This document shows positions 1 to 13,337 of a stretch of DNA of 64,000 nucleotides, one piece after another. Source of the DNA: Azolla caroliniana (lineage: Eukaryota; Plantae; Polypodiophyta); assembly GCA_043228905.1 (NCBI GenBank), contig JBHGNT010000005.1:23188001-23252000 (forward strand). The letters are read 5' to 3'. The first letter of the stretch is position 1; each line of letters begins with the position of its first letter. The translations under genes and the position numbers were made by a program. The notes under the pieces are model-generated. The model was not told the DNA's origin and did no database searches. It was given only the letters and a program-made list of their open reading frames with translations.

Positions 1-2880
1 GGTGTGGCAGGATCCATTCTTGTTCAAAATGGAAGTCTGTCTGATTTTGTTAACGACACATACACGGTTCATATTTTCTGACAGTGAAAGTTATAGTTTA
101 CTCAGATCAGGACCTCATAGGAAGTAGTAAATGTTTGTTTGGTTCTTTGTCAATTTGTTCTCCAGGTTCTGGTGAAACATCTAAAGAATGACACTCAATC
201 TGGCAAACAGAGCTCTCTGGATCCTAGTATTTTAGCACAGGTATTCATGAAAAGGATACAACAAATAGAGGCGGGTTTTTGAACTCTAAACATTCTTGTG
301 CTTTTATGCAGCTCAACAAACTAAAACTAGAATTGAGACATTTGGCTTCAGAGAGAGGTTCAATAACAGTTGTATCAGGAAGCTCTAGATCAAATGGTGA
401 GATTATTTCTGAAATATTTTAACGAAATATCCTAATATTGTTGAGATTATACTTCATGCGAACTTCAACACCAAGTTTTGAATTTTTTTTTCTGCTATTA
501 TTTGACTATCATTAGGCATAATGTTGTTGCACTTAAGTTCTGTGTTTGGATTTTCATAAGTTGGTTTCCTTTTGAGGTTGGTGAAAGATAATTAATATTT
601 ACAGATGGTGCAAGACACCTATATTTTAATAATAGAAGACAATTTGTATTTAATTTTTCATAGAGAAAGTGGCATATGAGGATTTTGTCGCAGATTTTTT
701 CATTATATCCATGAGAAATACTTGATGGGGAGTTTGGTTCGATAAATGACTAAGATCTGTGTATATTAGGTTCTCCAACTTCACCATATCATCAACAAAT
801 TATGGGTTTTAATGAGGTTCTTGACAACGGACATGTAGAGATTACAGGATTTACTAACTAGTTTCTCCGAGCATAAAAATTATGGAAATAATTATATAGA
901 CAATCTGACGACTGGCCAAGACTTGTCTATTGATATAGCAAGGAATTAATCATATGCTTCTCATTGGGAATGTCTCGTATGCTACAGTGTAGCTGCATGA
1001 CCTAAAATAGAATGAATATGATAAAAACGAGTGTGTTGATTTGAGTTAGTGATTGATACTCCAAGTTTGCTAGTATTGTCTGTCAGGCAATTTTCCAAAT
1101 TGGAAGCAACTTTGAATCTCATTACATCAGAGCATCCTTGATCCCAGCTACGTCAAACACGCTTCAACTAAATTTAGTCTATGTATTATTGCTATTTGTA
1201 TTGAACCTTGTGTCAAGTTACATAGCAAAAAGGATGTTTGTGCTCTCGAGATTGTCTTTCTGGATTATTAGTGTTAAGTACTTGATTTGGTCCATGCAAG
1301 CGATAAGAAAAGTTTTCCATTTCATTTTGATGAACTGCAGGTGCGTTTTTATCAGTTGGGGTGCCAGCATTGCTTCTTGGTGCCACTGGCTATGGTTATA
1401 TGCGCTGGAGGGTATGATAATGCTCCTTAAACTATTATAACTAAGATTTGAACAGAAGAGATTTGACACATGGGGCACACATCCAAGGCATCTAAAGATA
1501 GAATGAAAATTTCATTCAGGGTTTGTCTCTGTCAGATTTGATGTATGTGACAAAACGTGGCATGTCAGATGCTATTTCAAGTGTTTCCCAGAATCTTGAA
1601 CAGGTTACCACTGCATTATCAGTAAGTGGCAGAAGGTGAAGCTGGGTTGACTGTATTTCAGCTACATTTAACCTTAACTTATTTTCCTTAACTAATCAGA
1701 TGTCTATTTTCAGGCAGCAAGGAGACATTTGAATTCCAGGATAGACAAGCTTTCGGGTAGTTTAGATCAGAATATGGAACTCCAAGGGGAGTTGAGAAAT
1801 GAGGTGCCCTTCTGATTTCATTGTGTGATTGAATATTATTTTAAATTCTTAATATTTTTGTAACTTTAGGGAATCTTTAATAATTCTGATTAAAAAAACC
1901 ATCAAAATTTCTGAAATGACTTAAAAAAAACTCCTTGGTTCATTGTTTGTCTTAAGAAGTACACCTTGAAATTCTAGGTTGGCAACTTACGTGGAGATGT
2001 ATCAAGATATTGTCTAGAGATTGAGAGTGTCCAGAGGATTGTTCAATCGCTGGTATAGCACATTCTATTTAGCCTTTCAATTTGGCATATGCTTGACCAA
2101 TGCACTAATATTATTTAATTATCATTTAAACAGGGTGTGAAGATTGACAGTATCGAGAGCAAACAGGTCACTTGATAGATTTCTTGTAAATATGTCAATT
2201 AAATACTTGTGAGAGACTCGTTGGATCATATTCAGGATGCAAAACTCACATATTATGTTGAATGTATATTTTTCCAGGATATTGCCAATCATGGAGTCAT
2301 ATATCTATGCAACTTTGTGGAGTCGATGCAGACCCCTCCACGACATCCCCAATCTATACAGGTTCTTTGATGGACCTTCTATAATCTTTTGATTATATGT
2401 TTGTTTATCTTGTTGCTTCTGTTGTTAAATATTAGTTGTTTTATTTTCTTCTTTACAGGGTAACATTCCAAGACCTCGGCTTGAGCGTACAGCTTCAGCA
2501 TTTGGTTCTGGTCTAAAGGTAGGGGGAAAAAGTAAAAAGTATGAAAGAATGAGAACAAATGGGGGAAAAACCATTGAAAAAGTAAGAAGAGCTGCTTATT
2601 TGTTTGTTCTTTCACATATTGTATTCCAATTCCAGGAACTACAATCCATATCTTATGCACTTCAACCCCCAGAAGCAGATACAAATGTAGTTATTCAGGG
2701 TGCAGATGAAGATGTTTTGAGCCGGGCAGTTCCTAGTTCAAGTTTGCAAAGAAATCTAAGTCCTACTTTCTCATTAGGTTCTACAAGGTATGTGTACTTT
2801 GTAGACAAATTATACTTCATCAATACTTTACAAAAATTTGCGTTATATTTTTCCCTTTTTCTTGTAGGCATGCAAAATAG
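1..2880 (+). CDS. DUF1664-family coiled-coil protein, spliced, start lies left of the window. Exons approx. 1-66, 166-240, 312-396, 1341-1411, 1520-1621, 1714-1803, 1978-2052, 2134-2166, 2278-2361, 2459-2518, 2636-2787, 2868-2880
   Basis: GT-AG bounded exons join in frame: GVAGSILVQNGSLSDF..., VPALLLGATGYGYMRWRGLSLSDLMYVTKRGMSDAISSVSQNLEQV..., RHLNSRIDKL..., KQDIANHGVIYLCNF; these match plant DUF1664 motifs; TAG at 2878-2880. Confidence 0.85.
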
Positions 2881-5188
2881 TAAGATTTGATTTTCAGCTC
2901 TATGCTGAAAAAAATAATCATTCAATGGAAAGAGGATTTTGAAACACAGTAGGATGATTTGAGCTGAAAGGTACTAACAACATCCTTTCTCAAATCTAAT
3001 GTGAGCTATATGTGATGCGGATGCGCCATCTGGTGTATATATATATGTATATCCGCATGTTCGAAAGATTGTGTGAATAATACTCATGTAAAAATCTGAA
3101 AGAATTCTCGGAGCTTCATATGAAGACAATATTCAAAGTTTTAGAACTGCCTTGATATATATAAAGTATGAAAATAAAACGGGGATGATGATTCCTTGTG
3201 AGAAACTTGCCAAATCTTGTAGTACAAGTAGTCACACTTTTGCAAGGTTTTATAGAAGAAGCCTCAACCTCATCCAATTCAACACATGAAGAACTGCTTA
3301 CCAAATGGAGCTAAGAACTCAAGTAGTTCTTCCAATGGTGTGTTATAACAATTAACACCAGGGTCCTTTTGATCAGATCATCAATTGTTTAGAGTAGATG
3401 ATTCTCGTAAAAAAAGACTTTTTGCGTTTCAGAGAATCATTTTTGTTATTCTTATCATCATTCTTCTTTCATCATGTAACTTGATCAAGATTTTTTTCTT
3501 GAAATACTTTGATTTTCATGAACCAGAAGTTACGTTGTTTAAAAGCAGTATCATTTTATAAAAGATTGCATCTGAGCTAGCAGGAGTTTCCATTTTAATG
3601 TTTTTGTTGGCTGTTTTAAACAAATATTTGACTTGCAGAAATCTTTATTGAAAATAAAAGCATGTGTGCATAGTCTCCGGGAGAGAAAAGTGAGTGATCA
3701 GTGAATGTCCCATCCTAAATGCAAAACTTAGACATTGTTTAATACGAATGGGGCAGCAAATTAATGTTGTGATGCAATGTGGTAAAGTAGTGAATTTGTT
3801 GTTAAAGTTGTCAAGGTCATTGTACATTTCCTTCTACCAAGCATCCTCCCTCTTATTAGAGAGCATGGATTTTGTGGCAATAAAAAAGTCAAATACACGT
3901 TGATGGATAAGTCGATTCTATACTTAGCATGTGATATGTTTGTGGTATTCATAAGACAACTTTATGTGGTGAAAGCTAGTTCCTCGAAGTGCTATGTATA
4001 TATGAACACCAATTGTAGATTATATGTGTTTAGGTATATACAATGAGAATGCACTTACAAAAGTAGTGATAATGAACTTTAACATTACAACAAGAAATTC
4101 TTCACTACATTACTTCTTAAATCTCTATAGCTTTCTGGAATTTTTAAATTGTTTTACAATCATTTTGTCTAGGTCATATCTCACATATTGATGAATATCT
4201 TTATTGTGATTAGTTATTTCTTAGATGATAGAATTCCCATCTATATGTGCTAAGGGCCTAGAAGGTTTATTCGGTGACAAGTGGAATAAGTTCATCAAGA
4301 GAATCACATACTAGTCAACATTGTTAAGAGCTCCACATTTATTAGGCATGCTTACATAATATGAGAACTTAAAGGAACAAGGACAATGCAAGAGGTATTT
4401 TGTAAATGAGTTGAATGCATGAAATTTTGAATATGCAATTTCGAAAGTATATAAAGAGAGTGAGTATCAATAAGGCACATGGCATCCACGCTAGATCAAG
4501 TGATGAGATTTATACAGGGTTCATGCAGATGAATAATAGAAATTTAACAAGAAAGTGGACTTCTCACAATTGTACCATGTGATGTTTTATAAATTTTCAC
4601 ATCTAAAATTTTCATGAGGGTATGAAGTCACTTTCTCTCAATGTTTTGTACAATTTTAACATCAATAGATTTTATAGTAGAGGTTGTCCCATTACAAGCC
4701 TTTTGTTCCACAAACCTACCTATGCACATCGTAGAATGTCACTTTGTAATGACATGTGCCAATGAGTGCCCACTCTCCCACCACACCTAGGTATGGTGTA
4801 GCCTTGCCTTGCATAACCTTAAAGACAAAACGTTAATAATGTTACACAATATGTATAACTTGCTAGGTTTGTTTGCAAAGCATGGGTTTAAGCTCCTAGT
4901 ATCGAACATTGGTGAGAAGAGATGTTGTCCTCACTACTCCTAACCAGTTGAGCTCATAATGTTAACATGTCACAAACCTTACATTCCCATGTGACTTTGG
5001 CAAGATAGGGCAAAAACGGTTGAACATAGCAAGAAAACATGACGACACAACCTTTGCTCTTGCTAAACCTACGTAGTTGGAGATGAGATTGTCAAAGGAC
5101 TACAAACAGTCACGTAATGCAGATGGCGGCATGGCAACAGAAGCTTAGAATGCCAGGATTTCACGTGGGTTGGAAGGATCATCGGTGG

Positions 5189-5922
5189 TTGTCAGCAAGG
5201 CGTCGTCTCTACCTTGCCTTGGGTTGATAGGCTATGTAACATAGCTTGGAACATATTGTATGGGTGATTGCCTTTGTCGGCAAGGCTTTGTCTCTACCTT
5301 ACCTTGGGTTGACAGGCTATGTAACATAGCTTGGATTCTGGAACATACTGATTGGGTGATTGCCTTTGTAGGTAAGGCTTTGTCTCTACCTTGCCCTGGG
5401 TTGATATGCTCTGTAGCATAGCTTGGAACATATTGAATGGGTGATTGCCTTTGTCGGCAAGGCCCTGTCTCTACCTTGCCCTGGGTTGATATGCAATGTA
5501 ACATATATAGCTAGGAACATACTGATTGGGTGATTGCCTTTGTCGGTAAGGCTTCGTTTATACCATGCCTTGGGTTGATAGGCTATGTATCATATATAGC
5601 TTGGAACATACTGATTTGGTGATTGCCTTTGTCAGTAAGGCTTCGTTTATACCATGCCCTGGGTTGATAGGCTATGTATCATATATAGCTTGGAACATAC
5701 TGATTTGGTGATTGCCTTTGTCGGTAAGGCTTCATCTCTACCTTGCCTTGGGTTGATAGGCTATTAACATATATAACTTGGAACTTAACTAATTGGGTGA
5801 TTGCCTTTCTCGGTAAGGCTTCCTCTCTACCTTGCCTTGGGTTGATAGGCAATGTAACATATATAGCTTGGAACATACTGATTGACTGATTGATTGAACT
5901 GACTGGGTGATTTGCCTTTGTA
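5189..5922. repeat. Tandem array of 8 copies of an 85-92 bp unit directly upstream of RH39
   Basis: GGGTTGA anchor at 5221, 5306, 5398, 5483, 5572, 5661, 5750, 5839; unit ...CTACCTTGCCTTGGGTTGATAGGCTATGTAACATAGCTTGGAACATACTGATTGGGTGATTGCCTTTGTCGG... Confidence 0.95.
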
Positions 5923-6119
5923 GGCTACTACATTCATAATAAACTTTTTCACATTGCATTTTATTTGATGATGAGTAGACTGTAGAGGGGTTAAATATAT
6001 AATTGTGTATAATGTTAATCCTAGCTTTGTAAATCTTGCTTCTTGGAAGAGCTTCTGTGTGTATACAATATACATACATACATAGAGAGAAACAGAGTGA
6101 GGAAGAGATTGTGAAGGCC

Positions 6120-9100
6120 ATGGCTGCAGGCAGAGCTCTAGGCCTCTCAATGGGTCTTCTTCTACGATCTTCCGAGATGGGTTTCTTTTCTTCTGCTTCC
6201 TTTTCTTTCTCGTCTTCTTCTTCCTCACAAATCCTGCAAACCCTGATTCATCCTCTCTATCGCTCACCTCCACATTACCATCACAAAGGTCGCCTTTTCT
6301 CAGTCAGCTCTCTTTCCTCTCCCCATGAAGATGAAGTAGAAGAACACTCACTTCTTCTAGAGAGGCTCAGGTCAAGACATCTTCCCAAGCCAACACAAGT
6401 GAAAGAGACCCAATTGAAAAAAAAGGTGAATACTAAGATGAAGAAGAAAGAAGACGCTTCAGAGAGCTCCGCTTCTCCTTCTATGATATCTTCTTCATTC
6501 AGTGATCTCTCTCTAAGTGAAGAGCTTCTTTCTGCTGTTAATGAGCTTGGATTAACTCAACCCACGGAAGTTCAATGCCGAGCAATTCCAGCTGTTCTTG
6601 ATGGAAAGAGTGTGGTTATTGCTTCACATACTGGGTCTGGAAAGACTTTGGCCTATATGTTACCACTAGTTCAGGTATTTCTACAATCTATTCACTGGAA
6701 ATTGCTTTTTTTTTCTAAATTTTAATCGTTGTTTACGTTTTTCTTCTGATTTTCATTCTGAGTCTTGTTTTAATATTCGAGTGTGGTTTTTTATTTAGTG
6801 TTAATAATAGACATTAAACAGAAAACAATTTTACTTTTGTCTTTGTTCTGATTTTGTTTTTATTTTCTGTGCGGATGCTATTTTTATGTAGTGCAAATCA
6901 ACAATAGTAAATATGGAAACATTCTTTCCTATTTTTGTTTGTTTTGTCTTGATTTTCTAGTTTCAAGTGAATTTTCTATATGAAGTGCTATTCTAGCAAT
7001 GTATACTTGCTTCTCAAGTATTGTTTTTATAAATCAATCCATATACATTGTCTTGTTTTAAGTGCTTCTGTATTAGTTTTCTTAATCAATCCATGTATAT
7101 TTGGTCTCGGTCCAAGTACTATTGAACTAGTTTTTTAAATCAATCCATATAAGTTGTGTGGTTCCAAGTACTTCCGAATTTGTTTTCTAAATCAATCTAC
7201 ATACATTGTATTGTGCTACATTGGCAGTCACTGAGGAAGGATGAAATAGAGCTAGAGAAAGCTTCAAGACCCCGAAGGCCCCGAGCCGTGGTACTATGCC
7301 CAACTAGGGAACTTGCTGAACAGGTATGTAAATGCTGATTGCGCCCTCAAATAACTACATATTGTTGGACATTTCTCTCATGCATCACATTCATTTGATT
7401 TACGTAATTTTGCCATAGACAATTGTAATGTGTACGGAGTACAAAATTGATGTGCCTCACCATAAATCCCTTCACACAGCTCTCAAATCATATCCATTAA
7501 ATTTTCTTCTATAGAGTAGAAAAATCCCTTCTTACATTTTGAATGACCAACATTGTGCTTCTTTGTACACATTCATCAAGTTCCTTATCTTCTCTATCGA
7601 CAGGTTTTTAGAGTAGCAAAATCCATTTGTCATCATGCAAAGTTCAGGGCCACCTTGATTGGGGGAGGTGTGCGTATGAGGCCTCAAGAAGATGCCTTGA
7701 ATGCCCCTATAGACATGCTTGTTGGCACACCTGGAAGATTATTGAAGCATATTGAGGACGCAAACATGGCATATGGAGATCTCAAGTATGTGGTGAGTTT
7801 TGTCATGTTTTTTTTTTCTTTCAAACTTGGATGCTACTATTGAGTAACCCAAAGCCCAAAGCCCAAAACTCAAAATGCTAAACCGTAAACATATAGGTAA
7901 GCACATGGAAAAAAAGTAATCATGGGAAATATTCTGAATGTACATGTGCAGCATCTCTTATGTTTAACACTTCTGAGATTCCAGGAAAGATACCCTTGGA
8001 CTTAGAAATTTGTCCAGTATAAAGGGATGAGGATTGACGTGAAAATTCTTTATGGTTGTGTATGATTGTTCTAGAAGTATTATGGTTGTTAGTGGAAGCA
8101 TACTTGCATGCTGAAGATGCTAAATTAGTTCTAACTTGCTTACCAATCTCTTTGGGCTTTCGTTGAAGGATTCTAGGAATTCTGAGCTACAACAATTGAG
8201 TAAATATATTCGAGCGTGGACAGTTGCAAAACTTTTGTCTTTGTAGTTTAATCTTATATCTTAACTTGATCAAAAGAATTATGGTTCATAATCTATGCCT
8301 CATGCATGCATCATCTACATTGTTATATTTAAGGCCTTCTTCTTTGATTTTTCAGGTTCTAGATGAGGCAGATACTATGTTTGATCGAGGATTTGGTCCA
8401 GAAATAAAGAAGTTCCTTGGTCCATTGAGAAATCGATCTCTAAAAGCAGAAAATTCTGGGTTCCAGACTATTCTTGTTACAGCAACTATAACACAGGTCA
8501 TTTACTAGAGTGTTAGTCTTGAACTTTGTAATTGTAAAGTAGTGTATGTATATTGGTATCTGATTGCATGCATTTATTTGCATGGAATTTCATGGTGACG
8601 GTTCAAGATACACTAACTGTTAAGCAAATATTTTTGAATCCCAATGTATCTAACACACATGTTTGAAATGTTCCATTTGTACCTCTACCAAAATGCCTAC
8701 CTTTTGGGCCTGCATTTATCATTTTATGTGCTTTTGCGAAAGTGTTCGTATTTTTAAAACTAGAAATAATCTTTAGGCTGAACTTTTGTGAACTTTCTTG
8801 TACATTCATGAAATATGATCTCTTTTGGTTGTAATAAGGATATATGCTATCTAAAAGCTTTCAGTCCTAAACAGGGAGTACAAAGGCTTTTGGATGATGA
8901 ATTTCCTGGTATAAAGCATATCCGAACTTCCACACTGCATAAGAAAATTTCTAATGCTCGTCATGGATTCATTAAACTATCTGGTACTGAGAACAAGTTG
9001 GAATCTCTTCTTCAGGTAGAGGTTACATTAAATTTTCCGCTACTTTTATAACCGCTTCCACAATCCATTTGTTCATAACATCTTTTTTAGTGGTTATTGC

Positions 9101-11882
9101 TCAAACTTCTATAGTCGAAATGAAAGTATGTAAAAATGCTGATTTTTGTGATTATAATGCTCAAATTAGGTTTTAGAACCAAGTCTTTCAAAAGGAGAAA
9201 GGGTCATGGTTTTCTGTAACACATTGAACTCTTGCCGGGCTGTGGATCATTTTCTAAGGGAGAACAATATTTCAACTGTCAACTATCATGGAGCAGTACC
9301 AGCTGATGAGAGGTAGCGTATTCTCTTTCTCATAGCGTCATATTTCTTACCTTTTTCTGGGTTTGTCTTCTTAAACTCTGCACCATATTGGTGTTGTATA
9401 GGCTTACACTAAAATTTTAAGTAGTCTTTGAGTTTTGACACATGGCTCATCAAAGAAAAACAAGCTCTATGATAATACTGCATCATTGTTGGAAAGAAAG
9501 ATGATCACCATTTCAAACGGGGAATTTCAAGTGCGTTACCATCTAGAGATAGCAAGGAGAAAAAAAGCGGAGAGATGAGATAGAGATAGATTTTATAGTC
9601 TTCGAAGGTCAATTTGACCTATGAGACCAAAAATATAACGATTTCATGTACATGTGAAAGTAAGTAGTGTAAGAACTTTAGTAATGAATGTTGCAATCAA
9701 AAGTGCACACCATATCTATGAGAGAAATTTGTTCAAGGATTTGGTTTGGTTGAAGATGTGTGCAAACCATATAGTCAAATGTGGCCAAAGGAAGAGCATT
9801 GTATCAAAGTGGCATACTCGAACTCCTGAACTTGTTCAAGGCAAAGTGTGCATAAGTGATTTCTCTCATCACTTGTACCCTAATGCCCTGTCTCACATCG
9901 TTGTGAGTGTGAGCTAAGTCGCGTGGAAGGAATGGCTCAGATGGCAGACAACGGGTTGGCCTCTAATATGTATTGATGTGTGCGGTTTCCTTGTTTGATG
10001 AAGAACATGGTTTTGTAGTTAGGTGCAACATCTGTATTATAAAGTGTGAAGTATGAGCCTCCGTGTTTTTCCCATGTCATGAGGCATTGCAAAAACGCTT
10101 CGTTCACAGAGGAATCTATTGATGCATCATGAAGCAAGTGTGTTGCATCCCATCTTCCAAACCATTTTCCTATATCTTGCATCATGAAGCAAGTGTCTTT
10201 TGGATCCTTCTGCTTTCTTCCCATGCGAGTCTTGGATGGGGACTTTTTTGATTTGTAAGCATGTATTCGACAACACTTTTAATGATCATGATCTCAATGG
10301 GAAGTGATCTTGTCTCAAGTAGGAGGGTGTATGGTGTTTGTTTCTTGACTTGGAGAAACTTTGTAAGAAAATGCTTTTGGATATCTTCAAACTCTTTCCA
10401 AGTGAACTTAGGGGTGCTTCAACTCGTAAAATGTTGAAAATGTATTCCTTGAGGACTCAACACTTAATTTCTTCATGATTGCATGCATCTCAAATGCATA
10501 ATATGCTCTCTTTCTTGCCTCTACTCGACAGGTAGCACATTTATTCCATCTATGACAGGAACATTCAAGCCAAGATATTTAAAGCTTTCCACGGTTTCAA
10601 GTGGGTCATTATTGTACATAATGCACGGTTTATCCTTATTTTGGCTGTTCACAAGCATAATCTTTGTTTTAGAGTGATTGAGGCTCTAATGATGAGCTAT
10701 AAGCACTTCATAATGATCTTTTCCTAACATCTTGGTCTATTATGACTATATGCTTTAACAAAAATAAGCTCAAAAATGAAGAGAAATGTGTAGCCTTGGC
10801 TCTAGCAATGAGCGATAATCTTTTCATAATGATCATCTACCAAAATCTTGATGTAATACAGCTACAGGCGTGAACCATTAATTCGCTTGTCTTCTTTGGT
10901 ATTATCACAGGGTAGAAGTCTTAAAGAAGTTCAAAAATGAAGATGAAAAATGTCCAGCCTTGGTTTGCACAGACTTAGCGGCACGTGGATTAGACCTTGT
11001 TGTGGACCATGTGATAATGTTTGACTTCCCTTTAAATTCGGTATGTTTCATTTTCATTCACTTACAACTGAGAATTACTTTTGTTTATTGACTGAGGCCA
11101 ATATTTTGAGCTATATATATATATTTCATATTTCATGTGTAGTTTCTGATTTCTTCTTTCAGATTGATTACCTCCATCGCACTGGTCGCACAGCCCGGAT
11201 GGGTGCTAAAGGTTTAGAGATTACTTCCACTTTCTTTTTTCTTTTGTACAGTCCTAATGACTGGTAATGATTTTGACACTCATGTGGACGATCAGGTCAA
11301 AGCCCACCTGGTTCTTTTTGGAGCCAATAAAATAGTCAATGTGTGGCACACATGCAATGACTGTCCTGTCATGTTCTCTGAAACTTAGCTTAAGAAATTT
11401 ATTGATTGTATTAATGTTTGATTATTCATATAGGAAGAATTACGAGCTTAGTTGCAAAGCGTAGTTTGGCGTTAGCCGAACTAATAGAGGAGGCTATTCA
11501 TAAAGGATTACCGTTGGATGGTGTGACAACAGAAAGAACAGAATCACCCGAGGCAAAGAGACAATCATCAGTTAGGTCAAAATCGAGGGAGGGTGGAAAG
11601 ATTGGGAGAAATGCCACAACACAACAAAGGAAATTTCCGATTGCTAGACGAGGAATGTCAAATCCCAAGTCTTTATCTTCTTCTGCTCCTTCCACATCAC
11701 AAAAAGCTTCTAAATCTACTACACGATTGGGTTCAACCTCCAAAGTAGTGATTTCTAAATCTAGGACAGCACCCATTGGTAAAGCTCCCAAGGGGACAAC
11801 ACGACCACCTACCAAACTTGGACAACCAAGAACAATGAAAAAGACAGGCCATAAGGTGGGGAAAGTGGCTGCCAAACGGTAG
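6120..11882 (+). CDS. RH39: DEAD-box ATP-dependent RNA helicase 39 (chloroplast). Exons 6120-6674, 7228-7323, 7604-7792, 8356-8496, 8875-9015, 9170-9312, 10911-11040, 11163-11211, 11434-11882
   Basis: Ser-rich transit-peptide-like N-terminus; Q motif (PTEVQ), [56 protein letters not shown]; basic C-terminal tail; canonical splice sites in frame. Confidence 0.92.
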
Positions 11883-12222
11883 GTTTCTCTTGGTTGGTGG
11901 AAGTAGAAACTAATGTCCTGCTTTCTCTTTTCTTTCATTTGTTGTAAATTCCTTATAGAAAAATGTGGATCAAACTTTTTCTGAGTCATTGGATTCCCAA
12001 GTGTTTCATACTGTAGAGCCGCGTGTCAATTTTATTTACTAGCACTTAATATTTTGCATTCACAATGCTGTTGTTCGCTAATAGAAATATCTATCGTCAA
12101 GAAAACAATGCAATGAATAATGTCTAATATGTAACATATTATTGATCTCATCTTCTTATCGGGCAAGGTGTCCTGGAAGCAGATATTAAGAAACACGCAC
12201 AATTTGATCTTGGAGCACAAAG

Positions 12223-12580
12223 AGAATTATGTGGATTTCTGCTAATGATTTGATCCTGGATCTCTAATGTTGTTGGTTGATGCCACGTTTATACACGCAT
12301 GTCCTCCAAATTGTCATCCATGAACAAAGCTTATTCCTCTATCGTCTGTGAGCAAAAGCACTTGTTTATAAATGATAGATCAGTGTTCATAGAATTATAT
12401 GGATTTCTCATTATGGTAATGATTTTCTCATCATGTTGGGTACATAGTTATCTCTAATGTTGGTTGACGCCACGTTACTCATGTATGTCCTCTAAATTGT
12501 CATCCATGAACAAAGCTTATTCCTCTATCATCTGTGAGCAAAGTCGAGCACTTTTTTATAGATGATAGATCAGTGTTCAT
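12223..12580. repeat. Imperfect direct tandem duplication (~170-190 bp x2) between the convergent RH39 and lipase 3' ends
   Basis: AGAATTAT.TGGATTTCT...GTCATCCATGAACAAAGCTTATTCCTCTATC...GATAGATCAGTGTTCAT occurs twice. Confidence 0.85.
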
Positions 12581-13337
12581 TCTTTATTTTTACCAGATCT
12601 TTGTTCAGTGTTTTCGAAACTTGGATCATTCAGATGTATTGCGAATTATATCGATAAAAGACAATATATTACTATATATATAATATATATATATATTTGT
12701 TAGTGTTTTCAAAGCTTGGATTAAAAGTCTGGAAATTTTGGATCTTTAATATTTATTGAGAAGTAACAATCGAATTAACACTAATACAGGAGATTGTAGA
12801 TGTTCACTGTCACATAAATGGGTTCCACTTTCTAAAAGCTCTCATAGATCCAAGACAAATAAAATATAAAAGCATGTTAAATCTATGGTGGAGATGATGA
12901 AAGTACGAAAATTTGACTCTAAACTTCATCCAATGGCACAGTTTACTAATTACCTCGTTCCTATTTATTTACATAGAAAAAAGAACTTATTTTATTTTGC
13001 ATCAGATTGTGCAGAGCATGAGAGAACCACCACAAATCCAACAGAAAGGAATGAAAAGCTTTGTCAATTACATGGCACTATAAAAGAGGGAGAACCTTTC
13101 AACATATTCTTAAAAGTCCAAATACTGTACAAACCCAACCCAGTTTCTCTCTCACTAGGAAGAAAATTGAAAATATATTACGCAGAGGAATCTACTTGAG
13201 CAAGAATCACACAATGCACGAATGTACAACTCATTACAAATAAAGGAGAGAGTAACACAGGAAACATTCCCTTCTTCCGGGTTGATGTGCTGCATATAAA
13301 CTTTTCAAACAAAATATCCCTTTGTGTTTTTATTCAT

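Noticed and set aside
3100-5180. Additional gene between DUF1664 and RH39
   Set aside because: Only short ORFs with no recognisable motifs or consistent exon chain
5189-5922. CRISPR array or protein-coding ORFs (5232-5504, 5679-5876)
   Set aside because: The whole unit is repeated with no unique spacers; the ORFs are translations of the repeat
6036-6119. Upstream extension of the RH39 ORF
   Set aside because: It begins at a TTG in 5' UTR-like sequence; the ATG at 6120 gives a plausible transit peptide
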